Part shown: in pieces, positions 7,704-17,639 of the stretch
How positions within the stretch are numbered: position 1 is the first letter of the stretch
How the letters are laid out: every line of letters starts with the position of its first letter
Assembly (NCBI GenBank): GCA_046351395.1
Contig: JAXLYP010000017.1
Coordinates: 193,508 to 246,456 of the forward strand
Length of the DNA: 52,949 bases
Direction of reading: 5' to 3'
Source of the DNA: Polyangiaceae bacterium
Lineage (GTDB): Bacteria > Myxococcota_A > Polyangia > Polyangiales > Polyangiaceae
The notes under the pieces: generated by a model
What the model saw: the letters and a program-made list of their open reading frames with translations, nothing else
Told to the model about the DNA's origin: nothing
Databases searched by the model: none
Made by a program: the position numbers and the translations under genes

Positions 7704-10515
7704 GCGGAGTGTCTCGTGGTGCAGAAGGGAACAGCGACGTCGAGGACGGAATCGAGGCTCGGCGCGTCACCTCCGGCGCCTCGGGTTCGGCCGCGCGATC
7801 GGGAGCTCCAGCGAGGAGGGCGCGGGCGCGCGAGAAGTCGGTCACGTCCGGCTCCTCCCTACAGAGCTCCTCGATCCGCGGGAGCTGACTCGTCATCCCG
7901 AGCTCCGCCGCGTGATAGGCAGCGAACTTGCGGAGGATCGCGCTCGAGCTCCCCAGCATCTGCGCGATCGCCGTCTCGTAGTCGAGATCCACGGATGCAT
8001 GGAACTCCTTCCCGCGCGTGCGTCGCTCGACGTCGTCGACGTCATCGACGAGCCCGATGACGGCGTCGCGCAGCGGATTCTTGAGGACGATGTGGATGAG
8101 CTCGACGGCGGTCGCGCGGTGCTCCTTCCCGCCCCGCTCGATGCTCGTGAAGATCGCGTCGATCTCCTCGTTCGGGTTGAGCAGCGCCAGCAGCCGGAAC
8201 ACGCGACCCACCATGTGTCGCTGCTTGTCTCGCAGCAAATCCACGAGCAGGCCGTGCCCGACCGTCGCTCGGCGTGGGTCCTCCTCCCGCCCGCGCCGGA
8301 GCGCGACGAACCGATCGAAGGACCGGTAGGCGCGGGCGACCGTGCGCTGGATCTCCTCCCCGAGGAGGCGCTCGTCGAGGCGCGTCTCGGGCCGCGCGAC
8401 GACGATCTGTCCGAGCGCGAGGATCGAGCGATACCGCACCATCCCATCGGGCTCCTGTCCGAGGTTCGCGAGCAGGATCTCGGGCGCCTCGGGCGAGTCG
8501 ATGTCCGCGAAGAGGCTCGGCACGAGCCTCCGCACCGCCCGCGGGCGATCCCGATCGCGGAGCGCGCGGACGATCGCGCCCGCGCCCGCGGGGCCCGCGG
8601 CGCTCAGCGCGAGGCGGACGTCCGCGCCCACCTGACTGTCTGCGAGCAGGTCGACCAGGGTGTTCGCGGACGTCTCGGTCGCGAGCCCGCCGAGCGCCGC
8701 GATCGCCGCGCGGCGGACGTCGAGCTCGCGCGCGCGCGTGAGCTCGACGATCTCGGGCTCGAAGCGGGTCGCCTTGCGCCAGCCGACGACCTCGGCCAGG
8801 AGGCGCCGGCTCTCCACGCTGCCCTCCGAGACGATCCGCCCGAGCTCGTGGTGAGCCTCTTCCGCCTCCATCATGGAGAACGCAGCCATCGTCGTGAGGA
8901 TCGCCGCGCGGATGTCCGGCGAGGTCTCCCGCGCGAGCTGCTCTCTCCACCGCGTCGCGTCCGGCGCGAGCACCGCGCGAGCGGCCATCGCCTCGGCGCG
9001 GACGCGGATGGAGGGGTGGCGATCCAAGTGGGTGAGCGCGTGGAGCGCGACCTTCCGACCGCGCACGCCGAAGATCCGGAGCGCGGTCACGACGACGGTC
9101 TCCGACGGGTGATACAGGATGAGCCCCGGGATGACGTGGGCCTTCCCCTCCCGATCCAAGATCCGTAGCGAAGACACGACCGTGCTCTCCGCTTCGCTCT
9201 CGAGCGACTCGAGGAGCGACTCGAGGGAGGCCATGTCGAGCCGCATGAGCGCGCCCGCGAGCCGCCTCCGACCGGACGCGAGGGCGTCCTTGAAGAGCTG
9301 CGCGTAGTCGCCTCGGAGCCATGTCGCGAGGACGACCGCGCCCGCGGCCGTGACGACGAGGAGGACGGCGAGCCATCGCGGTGGCAGCTCGGTCGCCACC
9401 CCGACGAGGATGACGACCGAGCCCACCATCTGGGCGCCCCGTTGACCGAGCGCGTCCATGAAGCTCTTGGCGACCGTCCGCGGACCGTCCTCGAGGGGCA
9501 CGAGCAGGAGCTCCGCGGCCGTGCGGTGCACGCTGAAGCGCATGCTGCCGTCCACGGCCTTCGTGATCACGGCGGGCGCGAGCGTGCCCGTGATCGCGAC
9601 GCCGAGGCCCCCGGCGACGAGCCCGAACGGCAGCACCGCGAACACCAACGGGAGAGGCAAGCGCGCGACGAGCGATCGGACCGCGAACACCTGAACGCAG
9701 ACCGAGATCACGTTCAGGACCACGTTCACGCGGCCGAACACGCGCGCGAGCTGGTCGTGCGCGAAGTGGGCGGTGATCTGCGACTTGAAGATGAAGTCCG
9801 AGATCGTGACGGCGATCGTGATGAGGCCGCAGACCGCGACCACCCGTCGGATGTAGGGGTGGCGAAGGGCCGTGCCGAGGCGCTCGCCGAGCGTCCCGTC
9901 GCGCCCGTCGTGCTCGCCGTCGCGCGCGCGTTCGTCGAGGCCGCCGCTCGAGAACAGCATCGGCATCCAGGCGGCGCCGAAGAACAGCACGCCCGCGAAG
10001 AGGGAGAGGTTCGCCGGCGCGACCCACGTGACGAGCCCGACCGCGCCGCTGCCGAGGATCGCGCCGAGCCCGGCTCCGAGCCCGATCATCCCGTAGAGCC
10101 GTTTGGCCTGGCGAATCGAGAAGAGCCCTCCAACGAGGGACCAGAAATGGATGAGGACAATCGTCGAGAGGACGCCCGACCAGATGTAGAAGACATAGAG
10201 CCCGACCTCACCCAGGCTCGGCAGCGCACGGGAGAGCGCGATCGTCCCGAGCGACGAGGCGACCGTCCAGCCGATCAGCACGCGCCGCGGCGTCGTGCGC
10301 CGGAACACGGCTTGGGCGCGCGTCGCGACGAGCGTCGCGGCGGCGAGCGCGACGTACACCCAAGGGAGTCGGCTCGTCGGGATGTGGGCGAGGAACATCG
10401 CGTCGCGCGTCGCCTCGAGGATGCTGTGGCCGGCCACGAAGACGAACAGGAAGACAAAGGCGGTGATCGCATCCCGCCGCTCCGATCGCCGCACCGGGAA
10501 GAGCCGCCGCAGCAC
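7693..10515 (-). CDS. TLC/NTT-family (Npt1/Npt2-like, ATP/ADP-translocase-like) transporter with a C-terminal HEAT-repeat domain
   Basis: The N-terminal ~430 aa are polytopic with the NTT signature near helix 1 (AFVFLFVFVAGHSILEATRDAMFL, cf. LLLTAYYLIKPVREGL in the paralogue at 21720). The C-terminal ~450 aa are HEAT/PBS-lyase-like repeats (EAMAARAVLAPDATRWREQLARETSPDIRAAILTTMA...VRRAAIAALGGL...). GTG start at 10515, 1 nt after the stop of the upstream gene. Confidence 0.85.
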   Translation of the reverse strand: MLRRLFPVRRSERRDAITAFVFLFVFVAGHSILEATRDAMFLAHIPTSRLPWVYVALAAATLVATRAQAVFRRTTPRRVLIGWTVASSLGTIALSRALPSLGEVGLYVFYIWSGVLSTIVLIHFWSLVGGLFSIRQAKRLYGMIGLGAGLGAILGSGAVGLVTWVAPANLSLFAGVLFFGAAWMPMLFSSGGLDERARDGEHDGRDGTLGERLGTALRHPYIRRVVAVCGLITIAVTISDFIFKSQITAHFAHDQLARVFGRVNVVLNVISVCVQVFAVRSLVARLPLPLVFAVLPFGLVAGGLGVAITGTLAPAVITKAVDGSMRFSVHRTAAELLLVPLEDGPRTVAKSFMDALGQRGAQMVGSVVILVGVATELPPRWLAVLLVVTAAGAVVLATWLRGDYAQLFKDALASGRRRLAGALMRLDMASLESLLESLESEAESTVVSSLRILDREGKAHVIPGLILYHPSETVVVTALRIFGVRGRKVALHALTHLDRHPSIRVRAEAMAARAVLAPDATRWREQLARETSPDIRAAILTTMAAFSMMEAEEAHHELGRIVSEGSVESRRLLAEVVGWRKATRFEPEIVELTRARELDVRRAAIAALGGLATETSANTLVDLLADSQVGADVRLALSAAGPAGAGAIVRALRDRDRPRAVRRLVPSLFADIDSPEAPEILLANLGQEPDGMVRYRSILALGQIVVARPETRLDERLLGEEIQRTVARAYRSFDRFVALRRGREEDPRRATVGHGLLVDLLRDKQRHMVGRVFRLLALLNPNEEIDAIFTSIERGGKEHRATAVELIHIVLKNPLRDAVIGLVDDVDDVERRTRGKEFHASVDLDYETAIAQMLGSSSAILRKFAAYHAAELGMTSQLPRIEELCREEPDVTDFSRARALLAGAPDRAAEPEAPEVTRRASIPSSTSLFPSAPRDTPHAS

Positions 10516-10516
10516 G

Positions 10517-11965
10517 TCAGAACCCCGTCGTCCCGCCGACGAGGAACCGGACGCTCTCGGGCTCGCCGCCCTCCGCGAACGGCTTCGTCCCGAAGCCCAA
10601 GAGGAGGTTCAACGCGTGGTCACGGTGATTCGGCGATTGGAACCCCCCGACGAACGAGAACCGGAGTCGCTCGAGTTCGAAGTCCTCGAAGTCGCGCCCG
10701 AACACGTTCCCCACCTGCGCGCGGAGCGTGGCGTCGACGAACGACCAGATGGGCCAGGTGTACGTGACGCTCGCCGCGGCGGACGTCTCGCCGAGGAGGC
10801 GCCCGGGGGTGAAGCCGAGGAGGGGCTCGTCGTCGGGCACGCGATCGGTCCGACCGCTCCCGATGAGCTCCGTGAACGGCACGCGCGCCGTGCTCGAGAA
10901 GGGCTCGATCGCGCGGACGTCCACGAGGAGCCCGAGCACGCGCCGCGTCCCCGTGACGTCGATGAACCCGCCCACGGACCCGCCCACCTGCGCCCACTCG
11001 ACGTGCGACCCGACGTCGCTCCCGAGCTCGGCGTGCGCGTCGAGCCCGACCCCGGAGCCCGGCCCTGGGCGCGGCTGTCGCGAGTCGAGCACGACGCGCC
11101 CACCGACCTTCACCGCGGTGTATCCGGCGAACCCGTCGGGGAGGGGATAGAGCCCTCGAGCGACCGCGCGGGAGATGGGCAGCGTAGGACACTCGTGTGG
11201 CCATACCGGGCAGCTCTCGTCGGAGAACGAGTGGTGCCGGACGACGGCCCAAGCCTCCACGAAATTGGCCTTTCGCGGCTCCACGTGGGTCCGAATGCCG
11301 CCTCCGACCGAGCGCTGCTCGAACCTCGACTCGTCCGCGTAGCGAGACCGGTACCCCACACCGTAGAACAGGTAGTCGGCGCGGACGACCCCGTCCGCCT
11401 CGAGCTGCAGGTTGGAGCGCACGCGGTGAGAGCCGTCGGGTTCGACCTCGACGTCGAGCGGGACGCGGTCGACCACGCGAGCTGCGAAGTACCTCTCGCC
11501 CCCCGTCGCGACCGACGCGCGGAGTTGATTGTCTGTCACGAGGAAGTCGTCGTAGAAGTGGTAGAGGCCGACGCTCGGACGAAAACCGAACTCGTAGAAC
11601 GCCGTCGGGATGAGGCCCACGTTGTGGTGAGGGCCGAACGTGAAGAAGTCGGTCACCTTCGCCACGATGCCCTCGCGGTCGATCACCGTGGTGATCGCGC
11701 CGAGGGGGCGCCGGATGACGTAGTCCGAGACCACGTAGAGCGGCGCGAAGAGGACGCGGGGGATCCAGAGCGCGCCCTCCGCCGCGGTCGTCTCGCGCGG
11801 TCTGCCCTCGTAGTCCTGCGGTGGGCGCTTCTCTCCGGGCGGCCGGGATGGATCCTCGGGGAGCACGGCGGGGTGCTCGGGGACGTCCCCCCGCGCCGGG
11901 GGCGCCGCCGCGAGGGCAGCGCCGAACGCGAAGACCATGGCACCGAGCGCCTTGGGCGAGTTCAT
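10517..11965 (-). CDS. Secreted beta-barrel-like outer-membrane protein, paralogue of 23156..24616
   Basis: Signal peptide MNSPKALGAMVFAFGAALAAAPPARG. Alternating hydrophobic pattern; C-terminus ...SVRFLVGGTTGF* ends in Phe. Clear paralogy with the 23156..24616 product (PGEKRP.QDYEGRPRETT.AE.ALW.PRVL ... RFSFVGGF.SPNHRDHALN.LLGFGT.PFA.GG.PES.RFL.GGTTGF*). The ATG overlaps the stop of the upstream lipoprotein (ATGA). Confidence 0.75.
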   Translation of the reverse strand: MNSPKALGAMVFAFGAALAAAPPARGDVPEHPAVLPEDPSRPPGEKRPPQDYEGRPRETTAAEGALWIPRVLFAPLYVVSDYVIRRPLGAITTVIDREGIVAKVTDFFTFGPHHNVGLIPTAFYEFGFRPSVGLYHFYDDFLVTDNQLRASVATGGERYFAARVVDRVPLDVEVEPDGSHRVRSNLQLEADGVVRADYLFYGVGYRSRYADESRFEQRSVGGGIRTHVEPRKANFVEAWAVVRHHSFSDESCPVWPHECPTLPISRAVARGLYPLPDGFAGYTAVKVGGRVVLDSRQPRPGPGSGVGLDAHAELGSDVGSHVEWAQVGGSVGGFIDVTGTRRVLGLLVDVRAIEPFSSTARVPFTELIGSGRTDRVPDDEPLLGFTPGRLLGETSAAASVTYTWPIWSFVDATLRAQVGNVFGRDFEDFELERLRFSFVGGFQSPNHRDHALNLLLGFGTKPFAEGGEPESVRFLVGGTTGF

Positions 11966-13779
11966 TGGAGGGCCGCGCCCGGCTCGTCGGGCCTCTGGAT
12001 GGCGACCATCTTGAAGTGGGAGGACGCCCCGAGATCGTACAAATGAACGCGCAGCGGACCCCGCGCCGCGCCGTTCGAGACGTCGAGCACCGCGTATCGA
12101 AGGGGGTGATCGTCGGGCAGCGAGCGGTCGTCCACGACGCGCGGTAGATCCACGCAGACCGTCGCATCGTCGCCGAGGCTGACGGGGAGGGCCTTTCGCT
12201 GGTCGAGGTCGAGCCCCGTCCGGAGCTCGGCGGCGTACGTGAACCGCGTCCTCGGCCAGGTGGTCGTCTTGTGCGCGAGATCGGTCGCGCAGACGCGGTC
12301 GCCCTCGACGGTCACGTCCGCCAGCGGGGATACGACGCTGAAATACCGCGTGAGGATCTCGTCCCTTCGTTGGATGAGTGTCCGCGTGAGGAACTCCGTC
12401 GCGCGAGGGTCCGTGTAGTCGCCGACCCGCACCGCGGCCGCGATGTTCGCGTCGGTGAAGCGCGACAGGATGCGCGCCGCCCACGCGCCGTCCTCCTCCG
12501 TCATGCGAGCGAACGCGGGGTTCGGGTAGCCGCCCTTCCAGTCCTCGGGCACGAAGTCCGGCCTGAAATAGTCGAACATCGGGAGCTCGGTGTTCGCGAC
12601 GGGCCGGTCCCATGGGCGCTCGAACGAGCCGAGCGTCAGGAGGTCGATCGCCACGTCCTCCGGATCGAAGTAGTAGCTGTGGTTGATCCTCCGGTTCCAG
12701 CTCTCCCATTGCCAATGGCTGCCAAAGCAGTCCCCGAGGTCGATGTACCAATGTGTCGTCCGCCCCGGAGAGGAGTCCTTCGACTCGGGGTCCACGGCGT
12801 CCCAGGTGGTCATCGTGTTTTGCTCGCGCGAATCGAAGTGCCCGAGCCACGCGGCCATGAGCCGCGCTCCGCGGAGATCCCTTCGGTCCTCGTGAGGGAT
12901 GATGTCGTTGGGATCGTCTTCTCGCGTCTCCTCGTACCGGAAGGGGCCGATCGCGCGTCCTGGGAGCCACCGCGACGCCACCATTCGTACGAGCCCACCT
13001 CGCTTCTGTGCGCTGTCGAGGATCGCCTGGAGCTTCCCGTCGTCGAACGGCATTTTGGTGCCCGTATTGTCTGCGTAATCGAGCCCGGGCTCGAGCCTGA
13101 GCCAGGACTTGTCGACGTAGACAATCGTGTCGCACGCGGTCCACCAGCCCGCGGCGTGGTAGAGCCTGGACGCGATGGATGTCGCCCCGGTCGCCTTCTC
13201 GCCTTCGCCCTCGGCGTCTGCCTTCAGCATGAACTTGCCGACGCCCTCGATCTCGACCCGAAAGCCCGGGTTCGCGCCGTTCGCCTTGCCCATGTCGACG
13301 CGCCAGGCGCCCGGTTCGTGCGGGGCCGTGGCGATCGTCTTGTGGCCGCAGCTCCCGCGCGTGATCTCCTCGTCGGTCATCGGCCTCACGCCGATGCGGT
13401 TCGTGAACCAGCTCGAGTCGGGCACCTCGTCGACCGCGTTCACGTTCCGCGCAGCGAAGCCGACGTCCGCGGCGAAGAACTTCACGATGGGCCGGAAGAT
13501 GGTCTTGTCGGCGACGTCCCATAGGAACGGGGACTCGTACTCTTCGGGCCGACAGAGTTGCTTCTTCGCGTCCTTCGGATCGGGGCGACACGGCACTCGG
13601 ACCGCCCGCAGATCCTCGTCGATCCAGACCGGGTCGCGGAGCGGGAACCGCCGGATGCCACCGCACCCCGCGACCGAGGTCGCCGCGCCGCTCGCCAGCG
13701 CCGCGCCGATCACGACTCGGCATGCGGCTCGCAGAATCTTTACGGCCCCCGCCTCGCGATGAGCCCACCGAATCGCCAT
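11962..13779 (-). CDS. Periplasmic lipoprotein with protein-kinase-like (APH/ChoK-type) motifs
   Basis: Lipobox VKILRAACRVVIGAALASGAATSVAGC. Motifs in kinase-like order: FRVEIEGVGKFMLKAD (beta3-Lys-like), EKATGATSIASRLYHAAGW (alphaC-like), WLGHFDSREQNTM (HxDxxxxN catalytic-loop-like), HWYIDLGDCFG (metal-binding Asp-like). ATG assigned at 13779, which overlaps the divergent PAP2 start (see findings). Confidence 0.65.
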   Translation of the reverse strand: MAIRWAHREAGAVKILRAACRVVIGAALASGAATSVAGCGGIRRFPLRDPVWIDEDLRAVRVPCRPDPKDAKKQLCRPEEYESPFLWDVADKTIFRPIVKFFAADVGFAARNVNAVDEVPDSSWFTNRIGVRPMTDEEITRGSCGHKTIATAPHEPGAWRVDMGKANGANPGFRVEIEGVGKFMLKADAEGEGEKATGATSIASRLYHAAGWWTACDTIVYVDKSWLRLEPGLDYADNTGTKMPFDDGKLQAILDSAQKRGGLVRMVASRWLPGRAIGPFRYEETREDDPNDIIPHEDRRDLRGARLMAAWLGHFDSREQNTMTTWDAVDPESKDSSPGRTTHWYIDLGDCFGSHWQWESWNRRINHSYYFDPEDVAIDLLTLGSFERPWDRPVANTELPMFDYFRPDFVPEDWKGGYPNPAFARMTEEDGAWAARILSRFTDANIAAAVRVGDYTDPRATEFLTRTLIQRRDEILTRYFSVVSPLADVTVEGDRVCATDLAHKTTTWPRTRFTYAAELRTGLDLDQRKALPVSLGDDATVCVDLPRVVDDRSLPDDHPLRYAVLDVSNGAARGPLRVHLYDLGASSHFKMVAIQRPDEPGAALQ

Positions 13780-14649
13780 CCGATCGCCGTGCGCGCGGCC
13801 GAGCTCCTCGGCTCGAGTCCGCTGCTCGTGCTCGCGGGCGTGGGCGTGTTCTCGATCGGGCTCGTCCTCGTTCTCGTCGTCCTCGCGAGGTGGATGAGCG
13901 CGCGGGGCCTCGGCTGGCGGAAGGCCCTCTTTCGACGCGCCGCGCGCGCTGTCGGCGCCGCCCCGAGCGCGCGCGCGAGGCTCTCGCGGCTCGTCCGGCT
14001 CGAGTACGAGCTCGTCCACCTGGGACTTGGGCTCGCGCTCCTCGCCGGGCTGGTCGTGTTCGTGGCGCTCGCGGTCTCCGTCGTCGACGACGGCGCAGTC
14101 GCGGCGTTCGACGAGTCGCTCGCGCGTGCGGTCCACCGATCGACGCCGCCCGAGCTCGTGCGCGTCATGCTCGTCGCGACCTCGCTCGGCGGCGGTGAGG
14201 CCGTCCTCGTCGTCGCGGTGGTCGTCGCGGTGGGGCTCCTGGTGCGGCGGCGATGGCACCTCGCCATCGGCTGGATCACGGCGGAGGCGGGCGCGGGCCT
14301 CTTCAACGCGCTCCTCAAGTCGCTCTATCGGCGCGCGCGTCCCACGCTCGACGATCCGTTCACGAGCGCATCCGGGTGGAGCTTCCCGAGCGGACACTCC
14401 ATGGGGACGATCGTCACCGCTGGGATGCTCGCTTATGTGTTCTCCCGGTTCTACCCGCCGGGGTGGCCGCGCTTCGTGGCCGTCTTCCTCGCGACGCTGT
14501 GGACGCTCGTCATTGGGTTCAGCCGCGTGTGCCTCGGCGTCCACTACGCGAGCGACGTGCTCGGAGGGTTCGCCGCGGGCGCGGTGTGGCTCGTCGTTTG
14601 CGTTTCGGGCCTCGAGGTGGCGTTGCGCCCCAATCGCTCGGCCGTTTAG
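13759..14649 (+). CDS. PAP2-family integral-membrane phosphatase
   Basis: All three PAP2 motifs are present: KSLYRRARP, SFPSGHS, SRVCLGVHYASDVLGG, across six hydrophobic segments. Alternative GTG start at 13789. Confidence 0.8.
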   Translation: MSPPNRHPIAVRAAELLGSSPLLVLAGVGVFSIGLVLVLVVLARWMSARGLGWRKALFRRAARAVGAAPSARARLSRLVRLEYELVHLGLGLALLAGLVVFVALAVSVVDDGAVAAFDESLARAVHRSTPPELVRVMLVATSLGGGEAVLVVAVVVAVGLLVRRRWHLAIGWITAEAGAGLFNALLKSLYRRARPTLDDPFTSASGWSFPSGHSMGTIVTAGMLAYVFSRFYPPGWPRFVAVFLATLWTLVIGFSRVCLGVHYASDVLGGFAAGAVWLVVCVSGLEVALRPNRSAV

Positions 14650-14773
14650 TCCGTCCCAGTCGTGACGTTTTGCCCCGATTCGTGGCGTTGGTGCGCGCCA
14701 GTCTGCCCTCGAGACGGGTGCCGCGCAGTCGCCAAGTCCGTCGTCCCCCATCGAAGAGAACCGAGGCCACGAC

Positions 14774-15790
14774 ATGCCAACCGTCCTGTCGCAACCGCGT
14801 CGTACCGCGCCCGCATTCGCAGCACGTTCGATGTTCTTCGGTGTCTTGATCAATGGGATCGTCCCTTCGTCCGCGCTCGCAGATCCGCAAGTGGACACAG
14901 CGCCGAGCGCTCCGACGGAGAAGGCAACCGCCGCGCCCACGCCGCTCGCCACGAAGAGCGCCGCGGAGAAGAAGCCGGACTCGCTGGATTGGGATCCGCG
15001 TTGGCCGGAGGTGAAACCCTACGAGTACATCCTCACCGGTGTGTTCGCGCTCGCAGCGATCGGTGGACAGGCGATCCCCGGCGGCCCGAGGTGGACGGGG
15101 CACAACGCGTTCGACGACGCGGGCCGCGAGGCGTTGCTCTTGCCGGACTTCGAGGATCAGGAGCGCGCGAAGGACTTCAGCGACGTGGGCCTCGTGATCC
15201 TCGTGAACCAAGCGCTGATCGACAATCTCTTCGTCACGTGGTGGGCGCGTGATCACCCGAAGACCGCATGGCAGCTGTCCGTGATCGACACCGAGACGCT
15301 GGCGTTCAGTATCGGCGTGGACGCGCTCGTCGCCGGCGCGACGGGCCGCGAGCGCCCGTACGTCGAAGCGCTGTGCGATCAGGAGGACCACAAGAATCGC
15401 GGCTACTGCGACGGGAGCAACCGCTACCGAAGCTTCTTCAGCGGACACTCCACGGCCGCGTTCACCCTGGCGGGGCTCACGTGCATCCATCACGCGGAGC
15501 TCGGTATTTACGGCCACCCCGTCGCTGACGCGTTCGCGTGCGGCGGCGCGATGGCGACGGCGACGGGCGTCGCGCTCCTCCGTGTCGCCTCTGATCAGCA
15601 CGATCTCTCGGACGTGCTCGTCGGGGCAGTGTGGGGCACCGCGACCGGGGTCACGCTGCCGTGGCTCCTCCACTACCGGGGCGGGGCGAAGGTCGAAGAG
15701 AAGAAGCCGGACCCGCATGCCGCCGTCGAGGCCCCGCCGCCGGGCGTGGTCGTCACGCCGAGCGGCGCGTACGTCATGGGAGCGTTCTGA
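14774..15790 (+). CDS. Secreted PAP2-superfamily phosphatase
   Basis: Motifs GATGRERPY, SFFSGHS, RVASDQHDLSDVLVG. N-terminal hydrophobic signal; alternative start at the Met at 14831. Paralogue of 16722..17639. Confidence 0.8.
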   Translation: MPTVLSQPRRTAPAFAARSMFFGVLINGIVPSSALADPQVDTAPSAPTEKATAAPTPLATKSAAEKKPDSLDWDPRWPEVKPYEYILTGVFALAAIGGQAIPGGPRWTGHNAFDDAGREALLLPDFEDQERAKDFSDVGLVILVNQALIDNLFVTWWARDHPKTAWQLSVIDTETLAFSIGVDALVAGATGRERPYVEALCDQEDHKNRGYCDGSNRYRSFFSGHSTAAFTLAGLTCIHHAELGIYGHPVADAFACGGAMATATGVALLRVASDQHDLSDVLVGAVWGTATGVTLPWLLHYRGGAKVEEKKPDPHAAVEAPPPGVVVTPSGAYVMGAF

Positions 15791-15793
15791 GCG

Positions 15794-16690
15794 ATGGGGT
15801 CCTCGAGAGAACGCCGATGGAGCGTCGCCGCGCGATCGATCTTCGTGGTCGTGATCGCCGTTCTCACCCGAGAGGCGCGCGGTCAAGTGCTCGACCTCCC
15901 GGACGCGACGACGAACCCGACCGCGCCACCGCGGGACGTGGATCAGAAGCTCCCCTATTGGGAGAGAGGAGAGATCCGGCCATTCACGTCGGCGGTGTTC
16001 GACGTCGGCGGGTTCTTCGTGCGCCCCGAGTTGAACGTCGGCTACGGGCAGCCGCACTTCAACTGGATCGGCGCGGAGATCTTCAGCAAGCTCACGCTCG
16101 GCGGCGTGACGCTCGGAGCGGGCGTCCACGGTCAGATCCCGAACGTCGACGCGCGCCTCGGCGTGCGGTCGTTCCGGTCGGCGGATCAACGCCTGCTCCA
16201 GCGCAAGAACGTGTATCGGGAGTCGGACCCGACGATCCTCGATCAGCCCGCCTCGGCCTACGACAGCGTCGACGCGGATCTCGCGGTGAACGTCCGCGCG
16301 CTCGGAGGATCCGTCAGCTTGGAGACGCGCGCGCTCGCGCTCTTCCAGGTCCCCGACGGATATGACGTCTTCGAGGACGTGTTCCGCGTCGTGGTCCGAC
16401 CGCCGCTCGTCTGGCAGGCGAAATTGACGTATGTCGTCTTCGCGGGCTGGGACGATCGCCTCGCGCTCGGGTTCACGACGGAGCTCCTCGGCGCTCCAGC
16501 GAGAGACAACCTCGTCTTCCGCGTCGGCCCGGTGCTCACCGTCGCGTTGACGGAGCACCTCCAGGCGATCGGCGGCGGCGCCTTCGCGATCCTGTACCAC
16601 GACGATCTCGGCCTCAGCGGGTCGGATCTCGGGCAGATCGGTCTGCGCTACCGTTGGGCGTCGGGAGAGCCTTACCCCGACTTCCCGTGA
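15794..16690 (+). CDS. Secreted (possibly outer-membrane beta-rich) hypothetical protein
   Basis: ATG lies 3 nt after the PAP2 stop. Signal peptide MGSSRERRWSVAARSIFVVVIAVLTREARG. Amphipathic beta-strand-like C-terminal half. Confidence 0.6.
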   Translation: MGSSRERRWSVAARSIFVVVIAVLTREARGQVLDLPDATTNPTAPPRDVDQKLPYWERGEIRPFTSAVFDVGGFFVRPELNVGYGQPHFNWIGAEIFSKLTLGGVTLGAGVHGQIPNVDARLGVRSFRSADQRLLQRKNVYRESDPTILDQPASAYDSVDADLAVNVRALGGSVSLETRALALFQVPDGYDVFEDVFRVVVRPPLVWQAKLTYVVFAGWDDRLALGFTTELLGAPARDNLVFRVGPVLTVALTEHLQAIGGGAFAILYHDDLGLSGSDLGQIGLRYRWASGEPYPDFP

Positions 16691-16721
16691 CGGGCGGCCC
16701 TCGCCGAGGGCCGCCCGTGCT

Positions 16722-17639
16722 TCAGAACTGCCCGCCCCAGGAGAGCTGCACGGGCGGCCGCGCGGTGACGAGCGGCGCGGACGCCGCCGCGCTCGTGTTC
16801 GGGCCGTCGACGGTCTGCGTGTAGTGCAGGGCGAGGGGGACCGCGAGGCCTACCCCGTACCCGAAGAGGAAGCCGCTGATCGCGTCGCTCATCCAGTGCC
16901 GATCGGAGATGACGCGCATCCCGGCGATGGTGACGGCGAGGGCCGTCGAGCCGACGCACGCGACGACGTCGGGCGCGCCGCCCCCGTAGAGCGGGACATA
17001 GGCGTGGTGGGCGCACGTCAGCCCCGCGCCGACCGCGCTCATCGTCGCGTGACCGCTGAACCAGCTCGCGTTGACGCCGAAGGAGCCACAGTCGTACGCC
17101 CAGCCTTTGTCTGTTTGGCATCCGATCCCGGCTGGGCGCTCCCGCGCGGCGAGCCGGTGGTTCACGCGCATGACGAGATACGCGATCCCGTAGGCCTCGA
17201 GGTTCATCGCCGTCAGCTGCTGGAGCATATCGAGGTTCTCGTCGATCGCCGGGACGAGGACTCCATCGATGAGGACGGGGTAGGCGGCGCTCACGGCGAG
17301 CAAGACGTCGCTCGCGATCTGAATGCCGCGTCGATCCTTAAGCCGCGGCATCGCGACGGCGTCGCGGGCGATCTCGTCGAACAGGATGGGCCCGATCCAC
17401 CGGGGCTCGATGGGCTGTTCGGTCCCGAACTCGATGATGCCCGCGCCGGTGATCGACAGGGCGGTGAGCGTGTACTCGCCCCACACGACGCGCGGGTGGG
17501 ACTCGTCCCAGTGCAGGCGGTGCTCGTCCTTGGCCTGCGCCGCTGCGCGCTCGCATGGCGCGAAAGCTGCGAGCGCCGCGCCCAGAAGGATCGCGTGTTG
17601 GTGTCTGTGCAGCGAGGAGTTCACCAGGGGATCCGTCAC
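16722..17639 (-). CDS. Secreted PAP2-superfamily phosphatase, paralogue of 14774..15790
   Basis: Motifs AARERPAG, WFSGHAT, RVISDRHWMSDAISG. Signal peptide; ends ...SWGGQF*. The ATG overlaps the stop of the upstream small lipoprotein (ATGA). Confidence 0.8.
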   Translation of the reverse strand: MTDPLVNSSLHRHQHAILLGAALAAFAPCERAAAQAKDEHRLHWDESHPRVVWGEYTLTALSITGAGIIEFGTEQPIEPRWIGPILFDEIARDAVAMPRLKDRRGIQIASDVLLAVSAAYPVLIDGVLVPAIDENLDMLQQLTAMNLEAYGIAYLVMRVNHRLAARERPAGIGCQTDKGWAYDCGSFGVNASWFSGHATMSAVGAGLTCAHHAYVPLYGGGAPDVVACVGSTALAVTIAGMRVISDRHWMSDAISGFLFGYGVGLAVPLALHYTQTVDGPNTSAAASAPLVTARPPVQLSWGGQF

